A stretch of DNA of 64,000 bases, taken from the human T2T-CHM13v2.0 reference genome, Homo sapiens. The notes beneath the pieces were generated by a model, which was not told the origin of the DNA, did not search any database, and saw nothing but the letters and a program-made list of their open reading frames with translations. Made by a program: the position numbers and the translations under genes. Below, in pieces: positions 12,525 to 25,330 of this stretch (position 1 is its first letter; each line of letters begins with the position of its first letter). The stretch lies in the NCBI RefSeq assembly GCF_009914755.1, contig NC_060941.1; one strand, 5' to 3'.

Positions 12525-12675
12525 TACAGTTCTCAACCTTTAATATGCTCTCGAATCTCCCAGGGGTCCTGATAAAATGCAGATCCTGATTGGAGTCTGG
12601 GTTGGAGCCTGATTTTCAGTAAGCTCCCAGGTGATGCCTACACTCCTGGTCCATGGATCACACTTTGAGTACCAA
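12525..12675. mobile_element. MER5A hAT MITE
   Basis: GTTCTCAAC..AAAATGCAGAT..AAGCTCCCAGGTGATGC..CACACTTTGAGTA. Confidence 0.8.
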
Positions 12676-12897
12676 CTGTAATGTTGTCTCTGTCATCATT
12701 GTCATCACCTCCGGCCAGGCCACTGCTCTTGCCCCATAGCACATCCCCAAACAAGTGAACAGCCTGCAGCAGGGAGGGGAGCATGGTTTCAGAGATGGAT
12801 AGATGGATTTAAAAGCTGACTCCATCACTTCACTGTGTGATTTGGACAAGTTTCTCAGCCTCTCTGAGCTTCAGTTTCTTTAGAAATGGTGAATACG

Positions 12898-13259
<362 letters not shown>

Positions 13260-13639
13260 CTAAAGCCAGGCAGGGGCTGCAGTTGAGGCCCAGCATGACC
13301 TTCCTGGAGAACTCAGTCATCCTTTTGGAACAAGGCAACTTGGCAAGACAAAGCCAGGGCTGACATTGGTCGGCAGCGGGGCATAGAAAGCAGGTAGTAG
13401 GAGAGGAAGTGGAACAGGGAGGTAGAAATTGGGGTGAGTATGTCAACATTTTGACAATTCAAAGAAAGTGCAAATTATAATCAAATGGCATTTCTCTCTA
13501 ATGAGACTGTGATCAGATAAAGACACCTCTCCGTGAGGACGTCTCTCATCTCTGCAGCTTGAGAAGTGGGCCTGGCCCCTGGCTTCCTGCTGCCCTCCCA
13601 AATACCAGTCCTCAAGATGGGAAGAAAGTCATCACAGAA

Positions 13640-13780
13640 CTTTAGCAACCATCCAATCCAGTCCTCTTCCTCCCATTTTGCAGGTGGAGAAACTGAGTCC
13701 CAGAGATGTTAAGCAACTTGCTCAAGATCACATAGCAAGTTGGTGGCCCTCCGGGCAGCACCCCAGGTCTCCTGTCCATG
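13640..13780 (-). mobile_element. MIR
   Basis: CCCATTTTGCAGGTGGAGAAACTGAG..GTTAAGCAACTTGCTCAAGATCACA. Confidence 0.8.
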
Positions 13781-15699
13781 ACTCTATATCAAATGGCAAT
13801 AGAGAGTAGAAGGAGCACTAAAAAATCTAAGAAGGAGCCGGGCTGAAGGAGGAAGGAAGAGCATGACAAGATGCTGTCACTGGGCCAACTTACACAAAGC
13901 TCTTTTGTTAGGCTAAGCAGCCAAGACAGGAAATAAGGGTGTTGGGGCTCTTGCTCCCCAATTAGCGTCAGTGTTTTGCTTTTACCCAGTCCCCTGCAGG
14001 TGGCAAGTCTGGCTTCCCTTGGGGCCCCTGCTCCTCGCCAGCTCCTTGAGGGTTTTGGCAAGGCTAACAACTGCAGGGCTTGGGGATGGGGGTGGGACCC
14101 CACCTGCCACCTCTGCCTGCCTGCATGGTGTAGGGAAAAACACCTAGGCTTTGACATCACCTAAGCCCAGCTTCCAAAGCCCTCTCTGCCACATACTGGC
14201 TTGTGTGACTCTGGTCTTCAGGCTCCCTGGCCATAAAGTGGAAACAGAAATGGTACCACACCAGGAACATTCACCCCTCCTCCAAGGTACTATGTGCCTG
14301 ACACAACAGGCCCTCAACATATGTGGCTTCCTGCCTGCTTCCCTGCCATCTGATGTTACAGACGCAGACCCTGCCCTCGGAGCGTTTCTAGTCTAATGGG
14401 GAGAGAAATTTAGTCTTTGAATAATTCAGAAGCCACTTACTCTTGGGGACCTGGGCTGATATCTTCCTAGCTCTAGCTGATTTCTTTTCTTTTTCTTAAA
14501 CTGAGATTCAGCTTTACTTAAGCCAAGATCAAAATGTGTTTGCCTTTCTCAGCTCACAATGGAGGACAATTGAGGGGAGAGGAATGGCCAAAATTGAAGA
14601 CTTAGAAATTACTAAGTGAAACTGGCCAGGAGTGGGCTCACTCCTGCCACCCCATGGGGCAGTGTAGGCAGTGGAAGAGCCTAGAAGAGGAGTGGAGGAG
14701 GCCACCCTGCAGGATATCAGAGCCTCCCTGGGCCTCACTGACCAAGGGCTATACAGCTGATCATCGGCCCAGGCCAGAGAGAAGGAGGGTCCTCCCACCC
14801 TGCTGTGAGCACAAGGGCCATCCCTAGCAAGGTGGGAGAAGAAGCTGAGGGTCCAATCAGTAGCTCCATGCCTCCTCGTCCCTTCCTGGGGTGGCCTGTT
14901 TCTGTGTCCTGCAGAGTGAGGCTGGGGGCTGGGAGCTCACCCTCCTCTTCACATGCACTACTCCGATTGCAGCCAAACTTCAAGGGTCTCTCAGGCCTCC
15001 AGGCCCACGGAGGCTGGGTCATTCTGCACTAGCTTTCTGAGCACTTCCTGCTCTGTCATTCCTCCCCTGAGCACAATAGGCTTAGAGGGTTGGGTCCACG
15101 TTTTCTCTTCTCTTATGTATGCCCCCTCCCCTAACCTTCCTCTCTTCCGTATACACACACTCCACCAGGTAAGTGTGGGGTCTGGCCATTCCACACTGAC
15201 AGCTTCCCTTCCTCTCCACTCTCCCTCCTGACACCCTGGCACCCACCCTGCCTTTTGCCGGGAGACGGGAGTGTCTAAGTCACAGTGGCCCAAGACCCAT
15301 CTAGAACAACCACAGTTGGGCATCTCCTGGGCATACCCAACAGGGAGAACAAAAGAGCCCTGCAGGGGAGTCAGAAGACCTGGTTCTCGCCCCAGTATTA
15401 CTGCCACCAACTTGCTGTGTGACCTTGACCCCTTGCTGGCCCTCTCTGAGCCTTATCTGTAAAATGTAAGGATTACATGAGATGGTCCTAAGGTCCTTCT
15501 TTGCTCCAACATCCTGAGTCCCTCACCACCAAGGGAAGCTGAAAAGGAGAGAAGAGAGCTGGCCCAGACTGACCCCCGGGCATTGGCCACGCAGTGTGTG
15601 GGGTAATGTTGGGGAGGTGAGCAGAGCTGATATAGGCCTCTGCCTCTGCTCCAAGCCATCCAGGAAAGACATGGTCATGGGGGTAAGAAAGCAAAGCCT

Positions 15700-15860
15700 C
15701 ACCCTGGTTTAATTGCACAGTTAATTGGAAATATAGGCCAAGGTTAACTTAAAGGAAAGAATGGTGCTTATTTGGGTGGTTATGCAAATTTATTGCTGCA
15801 AAGACTTCCAGGGAAACTGATTATCTGACTATGTGAAGAAACAAGATTAAGAATGAAAAG
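15700..15860. promoter_or_regulatory. Candidate enhancer with octamer and homeodomain sites
   Basis: ATGCAAAT 15782-15789; TTAATTG at 15709 and 15721. Confidence 0.4.
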
Positions 15861-16152
15861 GGGGAAGACTCTATGTTCTGCAATTCTCAGGACCACCCCC
15901 TTAGAAACTGGATCCTCCATCCCTCTCCTAGCCCCACAGAGCAGAACAAGTTCTTCCCACAGCACAGAGATGGCAAACAGAGGCCTGAAGAGCATGGGCA
16001 CACAGCCGGTTAGTGGCACAGCCATTTGAGACCTGCCCTGTCCCAGTGACCTAGGAAGCCCTGCCCTCCTTCTCCAAGGAGACAACTTTATCTCACCGTC
16101 CTGCTACGGGAGGTGAGGAGGACTTCTGTCTGCTCTTCCTTGGAAGGAGGGG

Positions 16153-16663
16153 TGTGGTGTCCAGCCTCCAAGACAGCCTGGCTGATCCTCATCTCCTGAT
16201 ATTCATGCCCTTGTGTGGTTCTCTCCCACAATGTGTAACCAAGGGGTTATCGCAAAATGACAGTGGGTGACATCCAAGGCCAGATCATTGCACTTCCACC
16301 TTGTTCTCTCTTACTGGCTCGGGAAAGCCAGCCGCCATGTTGTGAGGACACTCAAGCAGCTGTAGAGAGGTCCAAGTGGTGAAGGACTGAGGTCTTCTGA
16401 CCATAGCACCACCTTGCCAGGCATTGAGTGAGCCATCTTGCAATGGAATGAATATCTTAGGGCAGATTCTCCAGCCTAAATCAAGCCCTCAGACAACTGC
16501 AGCCCTGGGCCAGCATCTTGACTGTAACTTCAGAAGAAACCCCAAGCTAGGCTGTTCCCAAATTTCTAACCCAAAGAAACTATGAGAGACAATAAGTATT
16601 TGTTGTTTTTTAAGCCACTTAGTTCTGGGGTAATCTGTTATGCATCAATAGGCAACTGATGCA
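16153..16663 (+). mobile_element. MLT1F-type MaLR LTR
   Basis: CTCCTGATATTCATGCCCTTGTG, GCCATGTTGTGAGGACACTCAAGCAGC, end TAAGCCACTTAGTTCTGGGGTAATCTGTTATGCA. Confidence 0.85.
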
Positions 16664-16679
16664 AGGTGGTGTTTTAAAA

Positions 16680-17160
16680 TGTGCATTTCATTATTTTTCA
16701 GGTGTGGTGAGGCTAACAGATTAGGAGTGGCTACCATTGAAAAGATGGTTTGTTACCGTTCCCAAGGGGAGGGGGTATGCCAAGCCATGCAGGGGCCACA
16801 TGGGAAGCCAGGGCTGTTCGGCAGGCAGAGGGAGCAAGATGAAAACATGGGCAAATGCCTTTATTGTGGTCTTTACAGGAAGGGTGGGTGAGGCAGGGTA
16901 AGCAGGCTCAGGATTGGCTGGTTTGCATTATTTCAGCGAGTTCTGAGATGTAGGGGCCATCTCTAGTTGGGGTGATTAGGGCAGAGGAATATCAGCATAA
17001 GAGCATGATAAAGAAGGTGGTTGGGGTAGGGACTCTCTATGAGTTGGTTTGCATAGGAAATGCACCCTCTAGGAATTGGCTGGCAATGGGAGAGGCAGTC
17101 TCTCCAAGGTCAGCCAGGCCCCAGACCACAAAGCATCAGAAACACAGAAAATAAAAAGGG
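16680..17160 (-). mobile_element. ERVL-class solo LTR (MER76/MER77-like)
   Basis: CCATTGAAAAGATGGTTTGTTAC, GCCTTTATTGTGG, GGCAGGGTAAGCAGGCTCAGGATTGGC. Confidence 0.6.
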
Positions 17161-17384
17161 AGAATAGGCCAGAGCAGTAGGGACCCTCCTTCCCACAGCT
17201 TGGCTTCCTCTTCTTGGGAGTCCATGACTTCAAGAAGCTCAAGGGACTGGGATGGGGAGGTTGGGGGCAGGAGAAGTGGGGTGGGAGGCTGGGTTCTTAT
17301 GGCCGGCTCCAGAGAGACAGCAGCAGCCCTGGACATGGGGTGATCTCCATTCCACTAGCTCCTCCTCAGCCACCTTCTAGGTCC

Positions 17385-17945
17385 TGTGGCCTGAAGATCA
17401 AGTCCATACATCCTAGTATAGCACACGAGGCTCACCCATAGCCTGTCTGGGGCCTGCCTCTGTGGTCTCATCCCTCTCCCACCAAGGATTCCAGCCCCAG
17501 CCCTCAACCCTGCCCCAGCCCATGACCCCTCCTGTCTTCTTCAATGGGCCTCTCATATTCCCTGAACAAGACAAGCCCTCCTGGCTCTCCCCAGCTCTAC
17601 ATATGTTATTCCCTCAGCCTGGCATGTGCTCCTCCCCTGTCACTTGGCAAATTCCTGATTGAAACCTCAGCTTGCAGGCAGTCCCTCCAGGAAGTCCCTA
17701 TGGCCCCAGGTAGGCTAGGTCCCTCCACCTCAGCACCCACAGCACTTGGCGATGTATGGCTTCACCTCCTGCGTCTCTCCCTGTGGAATCCGAGTTCCTG
17801 ACAGGAGGGACCGTGTCTTACTCATCCTTGGGTCTTCATCAACCTTGGGCCTTTATCATCCTTGGGCCTTTCTCACATGGCACTGGACCTGATATTCAGT
17901 CTGGCATTCCCAGTAAAGAACTTTGTTAAATGAATGAATGAATAC
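17385..17945 (+). mobile_element. L2 3' region
   Basis: Typical L2 motifs ending TTGTTAAATGAATGAATGAA. Confidence 0.7.
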
Positions 17946-19879
17946 ATAAGCAAATGGGGCCTTGAGCAATTCACTCCTGCTCTCTGGGGCTCAGTGATTC
18001 ACCTCTAAAATCAGAATCATCATCAACATCATCATGATCACCATCCCTTCCCTGCTCACCTCACAGCCTGTCATAGCAATGCAGTGAGACAAAGAAGGTA
18101 CGTGAGCTATGTAAACTGTGAAGTGTGGTGCACCCATGAGGGGGGCTTTCCTTAACTCTCCTGGGACCTAGCATCACTGCACTCTGCATGGCTGCTCTCT
18201 CCCCTAGCCCAGGTTTCAGGGAACTTCCTAGGACCTTCTGGGAAGAAGGCAGAAAATTGCCTCCTCCGGTTCTCCCTCCCTCCCTGTTCTTGGAGCAAGT
18301 CTGCTTCTGCCCCTTCCCAGCTTCCTCAACAGCAAGTGGAGATCCCTGCAGCCACAGTCTCCCCTCTCCTTTCATTCTTCCCCTCTCTCTTTTCAACAAG
18401 CAAACTTGAGAAATGGTAACCATTTTCCCCATTATTCAAATGCATGGAAATTACCTACTTGGCATTCCTCTTTGACATGGAGCCTTTAATTAGCCACTGG
18501 CTCCCCAGTCCCCGGGTGTTTCTCTGGCTCTGCAGCTCCCTGGCTTCCTCACTCCCCTCCCTCCATTAGCATCCTAATCAGAGATGCCCAGGTTCCAGGG
18601 AAGACAGAGAAGCGACGGTAGTTTCCAGAAATAGCTCATCCATGGCTGGAGATGGAGAGCTGGGTTTGGGTCTCTGTTCCTGTCACCAACTCCTCAGTGA
18701 CCTTAGACTTGTGTGGGGTCACCTACAAGTTGGGGTCAGAGCTGGACTCAGATCAGGGCTTTGGCCCCATTCCAGATCTCTACCCTCAATTCCACGAAGA
18801 ATCATTGCCTCCACTTCAAAGACACCTCTCCCGGACCCCATCATCTTGGCTCCTGCCCTTCCTCTGCCCCCACCCTCTTCTGAGAGTTTAACTCCATTGC
18901 TCCCTTGGCCATGGCTTTGCAGTTCCCAAACCCTAGTGCCTCCAGGGATGTGGGAGTGGAACCCAATGGGCAGGGTCAGCTCTCAGCCTGGAAGGCCTCA
19001 GGCGGTGCCTTGTGGATGCCCAGTTCAAATCAACCAGGCTTGACTAGTCAGTGCCTGGTCCCAGCAGGTCATCCCTGTGGGGTGGATGAGAAGTGGCCAG
19101 TGCCCGCTGTCATGAGCCTACAGGAGTATGAGCAGCTATCCTGGCTCTCAACGAACTGGCAAACTGATTGAGAGGTCTAGACTGTCACATAAAATGCCAC
19201 CAAGCATCAGAGAGGAGGCCCAGATGCTGGCCAAGCCACGCTACCTCTTGGGTGTGTTTGCTAAGATCACACTAGCTGCTACACAGATAAACCCTGAAAT
19301 CCCAGGGCCTTCATTCAGTGCAAGCATGTGCCTTGACCACATAGAGTCCAAAATTGCACTGGGATGGGAGGAAGAGAGGGTGCCATTTACAGACCCAGGC
19401 TGCAAGAGGCTCTGCCATCTTCAACATGCAGCTTCCCAGATGGCCCAGGGCACAACGTTCAGCAGGCAGACAGCAGAAGAGAGGATGGAGAAGATACAGC
19501 CATGCCCTAACTCTTGGCCAGAGTAATAATACAACATCCTATCAGCTCACGTTCTATTGGTGAGAACCAGACTGGGAAAAGTCCAGTCCCTTTGGGGCAG
19601 CCGCTTCCCAACAGTAACTCTATACCACGGAAGGGGAGCACAGTCATTTGTCTCTGCCACCATAAGCCTCAGTTTTATTGTCTGTAAAACGAGGGCAGGG
19701 TGGACTGGACTGAATATCAGGACTGGAAGGAACCACAGAGTTCATGCAGTCCAACCTGCCATCCTCCCCCCTATTCTACTTGGGAACAAACCAAGGTCTG
19801 AAAAGTTAAATGTCTCACCCCGTGATCACAATGGCACACCCAAAATTCTAGATCTTTTGACTCTCAGCCAGCGATAAAA

Positions 19880-20035
19880 ATAAGAGCTACCACTCATGGA
19901 GCACCGGCCTCACACAGGCCCTTTATGTATACTGTCTCCAACTGTCTCAACAATGGTGTGGAGTAGGTATCACTGTCCCTATTTTACAAATGAGGAAACT
20001 AAGGTTCAGAGAGAGCAACTTGCTTAAGGGCGCTG
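19880..20035 (-). mobile_element. MIR
   Basis: CCTATTTTACAAATGAGGAAACTAAGGTTCAGAGAG. Confidence 0.8.
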
Positions 20036-20284
20036 GACCAGCAGGAAGGTAGCAAGGCCAGGAGCTGACCCTGTCCCACACCGCCTCCCCCTTCACTACA
20101 CCATTTTCTTCTCAAACAGCTAATTCTGAACTCCCCTTTGTGAAGGAACTGAGACCCCAGCCCTTCCCATGTTCTGTCCCCTTGGAGCTGAAATCTCCCT
20201 GCTGCCCAGTCACCCCTCCCGACTGCACAGGTCCAGCCAGCAGAGGTCCAGAGAGGCTGAGCCCCAGCAAGGAAGGGGCCACAC

Positions 20285-20977
20285 GTGAGATGAAAATGAA
20301 ATCTTAAGCTCCCAACCAATTGAATGAAGCCCTCTTGGCCAAGAAGATTCCAGAAAAACCTCAAAACCTAAGTTTTCCAGTAATGACAAGACAGGTCAAT
20401 CCTGCTTCTTTATACCCTGTCCCTTGCTAACCACTAGTAGACTTTTCTTTTCTAAAAATTAAACAGAAACCAGCCCTGGAAACAAAGAACGGAAGACTCA
20501 GTCCTTCACTGACTTCAACCAACTGCCTGGCACCACTCCCTTTCCCTCTCACCAGCATTCCTTCCCTATAAGTGACTACCAACCCCAAGCTGGGTCTGGC
20601 AGTTCACAGAAGCTATGCCCAGGGTGCCTCTGTGTCCTCCTTGTGCCTTTTGACATATATAGCTTAATTTTACTACATTTTAATGTTGTCTCCACCCCAC
20701 AGTAAACAAATAGAGGATGTATGTAACATATATGTTTGCTTTCCACACGAGTGTGACTTCCCCTCATGAATATTCGTATCTTCCTCCTATAACCTATTAA
20801 ATATGTATGTCTAGCTAATCTACCAAGCAGAAAACTCCTGTAACATCTTCCCTCCCTCTAAGTGCCTGCTTTCCGTCCCTATGGGAGGCTATGCTTCCCA
20901 GCCTGCAGGTTGCAATCCTTTACAAGAAATAAAGTTCTCCTTTCCAAATTTATAGATTTTGTGATTGTAAGTTGGCA
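20285..20977 (+). mobile_element. ERV1 solo LTR (MER39/MER39B-like)
   Basis: AAATGAAATCTTAAGCTCCCAACC..CCTCTTGGCCAAG, TTAAACAGAAACCAGCCC, AAATAAAG poly(A) signal near the end, terminal ...GGCA. Confidence 0.7.
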
Positions 20978-20989
20978 TATATAAATCAG

Positions 20990-21320
20990 AATTGGGCTTA
21001 GCTGTCACATTCCAGATGAGAGCCCAGGGTTGTCAGGGTGCCTTCGGTGTCAGGGACTCAGCTCCACCCATTTTGTTGCTCCATAGCCTCTTCCCTAACC
21101 TCACCTCGTGGCCCACTCTGGCTGGTGCAGTGCTAATCATTACATCTGCATTGCAGCCAGCAGGGAGGAAAAAGCAGAAGAGAAGGTCCTCTCCTCCCTT
21201 TAATGACACTTCCTGGAAGTTGCAGAGACCATTTCTGGTTTCATTCCATTCTCCGGAATCTGGTCATATGGCCACACCTAGTTGTGAGGAAAGCTGGAAA
21301 AGGTAGTCTTTATTCAGAAT
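20990..21320 (-). mobile_element. LTR33-like ERVL LTR
   Basis: CAGCCAGCAGGGAGGAA..CTTCCTGGAAGTTGC..GGTCATATGGCCACACCTAG..GCTGGAAA..TAGTCTTTATTC. Confidence 0.7.
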
Positions 21321-23249
21321 GAAAATACCCCTTTTCAGCCGAGGGGGCCTATACAGGTACCTTAACCTGCCTGAGCCTTGATTTCCTCACCAGTAAGACT
21401 GAGTCATCATAACTGCCTCATGGGGTTGGGGTAAATATTGGATTCAATGATATCACACACATCAAAGTTCTGGCACATAGTGGGTGCTCAGTTAATCTTA
21501 GTTTCTCTTCCCTGCCCCTATGCCCTACCTAGAGTGAAGCCCAGTGAACTGGTAAGTGCAGGCCATGGCCATATCCTCAGGCAGTCAGTTATCTAGGGCC
21601 CATATATTCACAAGCAGGTAGCACAAAAGCACACAAAGGAACATGAAAATGACTTCCAACTACCCCTCCCACACCAACCCAGGGTTTATACACTTCTAGG
21701 AAAGCTCCTCTCCTTATTTTGCGCTTCAAGGCCATCATCCCATCTTACTCCTTGCTCACCTAGAAACATGGTAGGGTGGGTGTGGTTAGGGACCACCATG
21801 CCTGTATCCTCAGCCCCATACACCACCCCTCCATCACAGTATAATGGTGCCATCCACCCCCTGGAGTTGATCAGAATTCCATCCCTCCACTTCCCAACAC
21901 TGTCCCAGACCCTACATCCTATGGGTTAAGGAAGAATTGGGGTGAGAAGGAGGGAGGCCCTGTCAAGGTGTATTGGTGGGAGAGCTTTTGGCCTATCATG
22001 ATGAAGACTGAGGGTGCTCTGAAGGCCCTTTAAAATGTTAAGACATTTCTGCCCCTCTCTGGAGAGAGCATCCAGGAGACAAGCTCTGGTCCTGCTTGTG
22101 TCACTACTGCAGAGAGGCCAAGGCCTCAACGCCTCATCTGCAACACAGGACCCTCCCTGTCCCTCCAACCTGACCATTCAGTGATGCAAGTGAGGACACC
22201 AGCGGCCACATCCCCTGCCTTTAAGCACCCAGCCTCCCTGTCACGAAGCCCCCCACTCTGTGTGCTGTGGGCAGGGTTGGAGGCTCACCCGTGGTAGAGC
22301 CTCCTGGCTGGGCTGCCCTGCTTCCTCTCCGGGCTTCCTGCTTTGTGGTAGCCCCCTCACTACACGCTGTCCCCAAGACTACCCTCCCAGCCTCGTTTTG
22401 ATCTCGGGAGGACAAATAAACCTTAAATTGAATCCCCTTTTTGTGAAGTTACCCAGAATTGGTTTTCATTGCTGAAAGACAAATACCCCAACCAATACAT
22501 AAGTCATTCCCGCCCCCTGGACACAGACATCCCCTTTCTTTAATGTGGGCTCTTGCCCTGCTGCCCATCCTTGGCTTTTTCCTTGCCCCTGCCCCCGTTT
22601 TTCATTATCAGCTAATTCCCTCTGGTCCCTCTTTTAAGGAAGAAAAAGGAGGGGGTAAATTCGGGATGAACAAAACTATTCAGATGTATAACCTTCAAGG
22701 TAGCTCCCATCCCTGCACCCCCACAACAACAACAACAACAACAAACTCATAGCCAACCAAACTGCATTGCTTTGAATTAGATTGTGTTTGTTGAGTGGCC
22801 CTTCCTGGAGCTGAGTGCCAGGCACTGTGCTAGGCACATGGGATGCCAATGAATAAAGACGAGCCTTCCCTGGAGCAGCTCACAGTCTAGCCTTCCCAAA
22901 CTCATCAAAATCAAAGCCACTCGGCAGTAATAGCGTCCCCATGTTTTATGAGATTTTGCATTATGTGAATCTGACACTATGATATAAAGATATTAATAAA
23001 GTCTCACTTTATATTCAAAATTTGAAATAATATGTATCCCAAACATTTGCTTTTAAGCATGAAGAATGTTGAAGCTGGCAGGCCAGTGAATTGTAAACTT
23101 ACTGTCTGCATGCTTACCGCACAGCAATGCCACTTTAACTGATAAACAGAAACACCTACCAACCTTTGTCAGGATTTGTTCTAAATTATGCAAGTTTCTA
23201 AATTACACAAGACCTTCTGGAGCATGTGTCTCAGACATGATGCAACGGG

Positions 23250-23460
23250 TCTGGTGTTCGGAGTTCTGGCTCTGGAATCAGAGTGCTGGGATTTCACTCC
23301 TGACTCCATCCACCGTGATCTTGGGCAAGGCATGGAGCCTTTCTGTGCCTCAGTTTCCACATATCTATGATCAAGATAATGGTGCTGATCTCTAGGGGGC
23401 TTTTGAAGATTAAATGAGTTCTTCCATGCAATCTGCTCAGAACAGCACCTGCAGCACTGC
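23250..23460 (+). mobile_element. MIR
   Basis: GGCTCTGGAATCAGA..CTTGGGCAAG..CTGTGCCTCAGTTTCC. Confidence 0.8.
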
Positions 23461-24064
23461 AGCAAGCGGGGGCTTGCAGCATCTCGCTGAGCTGTGGGTC
23501 GGCAGGAAGGGGACATCTGCTCATGCACTGTGGGGAACCTAAACCGCCATCCAGAGCTGGAGCACGTACAGCATTGCTTTGCATGTCCCTGGACCCTGAG
23601 GCCTAGTCAGTCGCACAGCTGCTGGAGACCCTCTTCACAAAGGCAGGCCTCCTCCTACTCCAGCGACGGCATTGCCCTTCCACGTGCGAGGGCATCAACC
23701 AGACACTTGACCCTGACGGTCTCTGTGCTCTCATTTCAGAGAATGTTCATAGACGCTCCAGACTCTTAAAGCTGACCCAGCCACATCTTCATCCAGAGTA
23801 GAAAACAGAGTTGGTGCCTCGGTGTCGCCAAACAAAGCCCCTGCTCACCACCCCAGTGTTCCAGAAGCCTATCTCTCCAAAATGCTCCATCACAATTCAC
23901 TTTTTTAAGAGCCAATCTAATATGATAGATACCACCCTGGAGCTTACCCTGGGAAAGCACAAAGGGAAGCCCACTTAACGCAGCTTGGGGGTCTGGGGAG
24001 GATTTCCCAGAGGGAGAAGGAGTCACTGCACTTCACTTCCCAAAGAGCACCAAGGAGCCAGGTG

Positions 24065-24194
24065 ATAGGGGGAGAGGTGGGGAGGGCAGCTGACCCAGCA
24101 TGGGGAATAGGGGGAGGGGCGGGGAGGGCAGCTGACCCAACATGGGGAATAGGGGGAGGGGCGGGGAGGGCAGCTGACCCAGCATGGGGAATAG
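24065..24194. repeat. 42-bp G-rich minisatellite, about 3 copies, within an L2 remnant
   Basis: Unit GGGGAGGGCAGCTGACCCAGCATGGGGAATAGGGGGAGGGGC starting at 24079, 24121 and 24163. Confidence 0.95.
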
Positions 24195-24349
24195 CTTGCA
24201 CAAAGGTGTGGAAAAGAGAGAACTTGGCACATTCCAGGAATTGCCAGTAGCTCCATATAGAGTGGAAAGAGTGTGAACCAAGATCTAACTGACTCACTGC
24301 CAAATAACATGGTTTCTGGGGCACATGAGTGAGGCCCAGAGATACCCTC

Positions 24350-24790
24350 TAGGAGGTATTCATCATCTTCTTTGCACTGTGGCTGTCTTTGGTGAGCACA
24401 CAGGATCCTTCTCAGAATTATGCCTTTAAAAGCATAAAATAAAATATATAGGATCAAAGTATCATCAAAATACTTTTTAAATGCAATCTGTAGTAACATA
24501 TGTGCCTTTTTATCAATGTATTATATGACAAGATCTTGTGGTAGGAAGTAATTGATGAGCAAAAATTATTTTTCAAAGTATTAAAACATCTGTAATATAG
24601 TATGAAAACATCTATGATTCCTATTAGTGACAAATCCAAGGTGTGGCTAATTCTGCCATGGTTTGTTACCTGCTTTCATAATGAAAGGAAATGCTCAATT
24701 TCAGTTAAAGTTTAGTGAAAAGGAAGATGCAACTTTTTCCCATCCAAGGTCATGGACCCTCTGACTTTTCCCACACTCTCCTGCTTTACA
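24350..24790. mobile_element. MER119-like hAT-Charlie element
   Basis: CCTTCTCAGAATTATG..GCATAAAATAAAATATATAGGAT..., GGAAATGCTCAATTTCAGTT. Confidence 0.6.
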
Positions 24791-24811
24791 CAAAGACCCA
24801 GCTTTGTGCCT

Positions 24812-24995
24812 ACAGCCCAGTGGTTAAGAGCATCCAAGCCAGACCTGTTTGCTCAGTTACTGCTGCAGTACTTGGGGCAAGACACTCAGCCTTCCAGTGC
24901 CTCTGTTTCTTCATAACTGTGAAGACCAAATGAGTTAATACACACAAAGCAGTTAGAATAATGCCTGCCACATAGTAGGTGCTCACTAAAGAAGG
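24812..24995 (+). mobile_element. MIR
   Basis: GTGGTTAAGAGCA...AATGCCTGCCACATAGTAGGTGCTCA. Confidence 0.8.
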
Positions 24996-25059
24996 ACAAG
25001 CTGTTTTCTTTCTTATTCTCAGCCCCAAATACAATGGAGAGAGAAGCCCACAGATGTGG

Positions 25060-25330
25060 GGCATTATTTACTAACCAGAGTCGTGCTAATAAGCTCACAA
25101 AGCACAATTAGCAGTCATTTCAATTCTGAGGTTTGCTTGACTATAAAAGCTTCACATTTCTTCCTCCCTGATTTCTCTGCTAATTACAACTGCCGCCGTC
25201 CATCGCAGCTGCCACACAACATGGGTGCTGACTGCCTCTAACGTAGTTGTTAAGGCGGCATAATGGGGCACAATGACTAATTGGCCATCATGCCCAGGAT
25301 GAATGCGTCAGACAACAGCGGCTGGCCAGT
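25060..25330. promoter_or_regulatory. Candidate conserved enhancer
   Basis: CAATTAG, CTAATTA, CTAATTGG and ACAATG motifs; about 8 CpGs in 270 bp of otherwise CpG-poor DNA. Confidence 0.5.
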
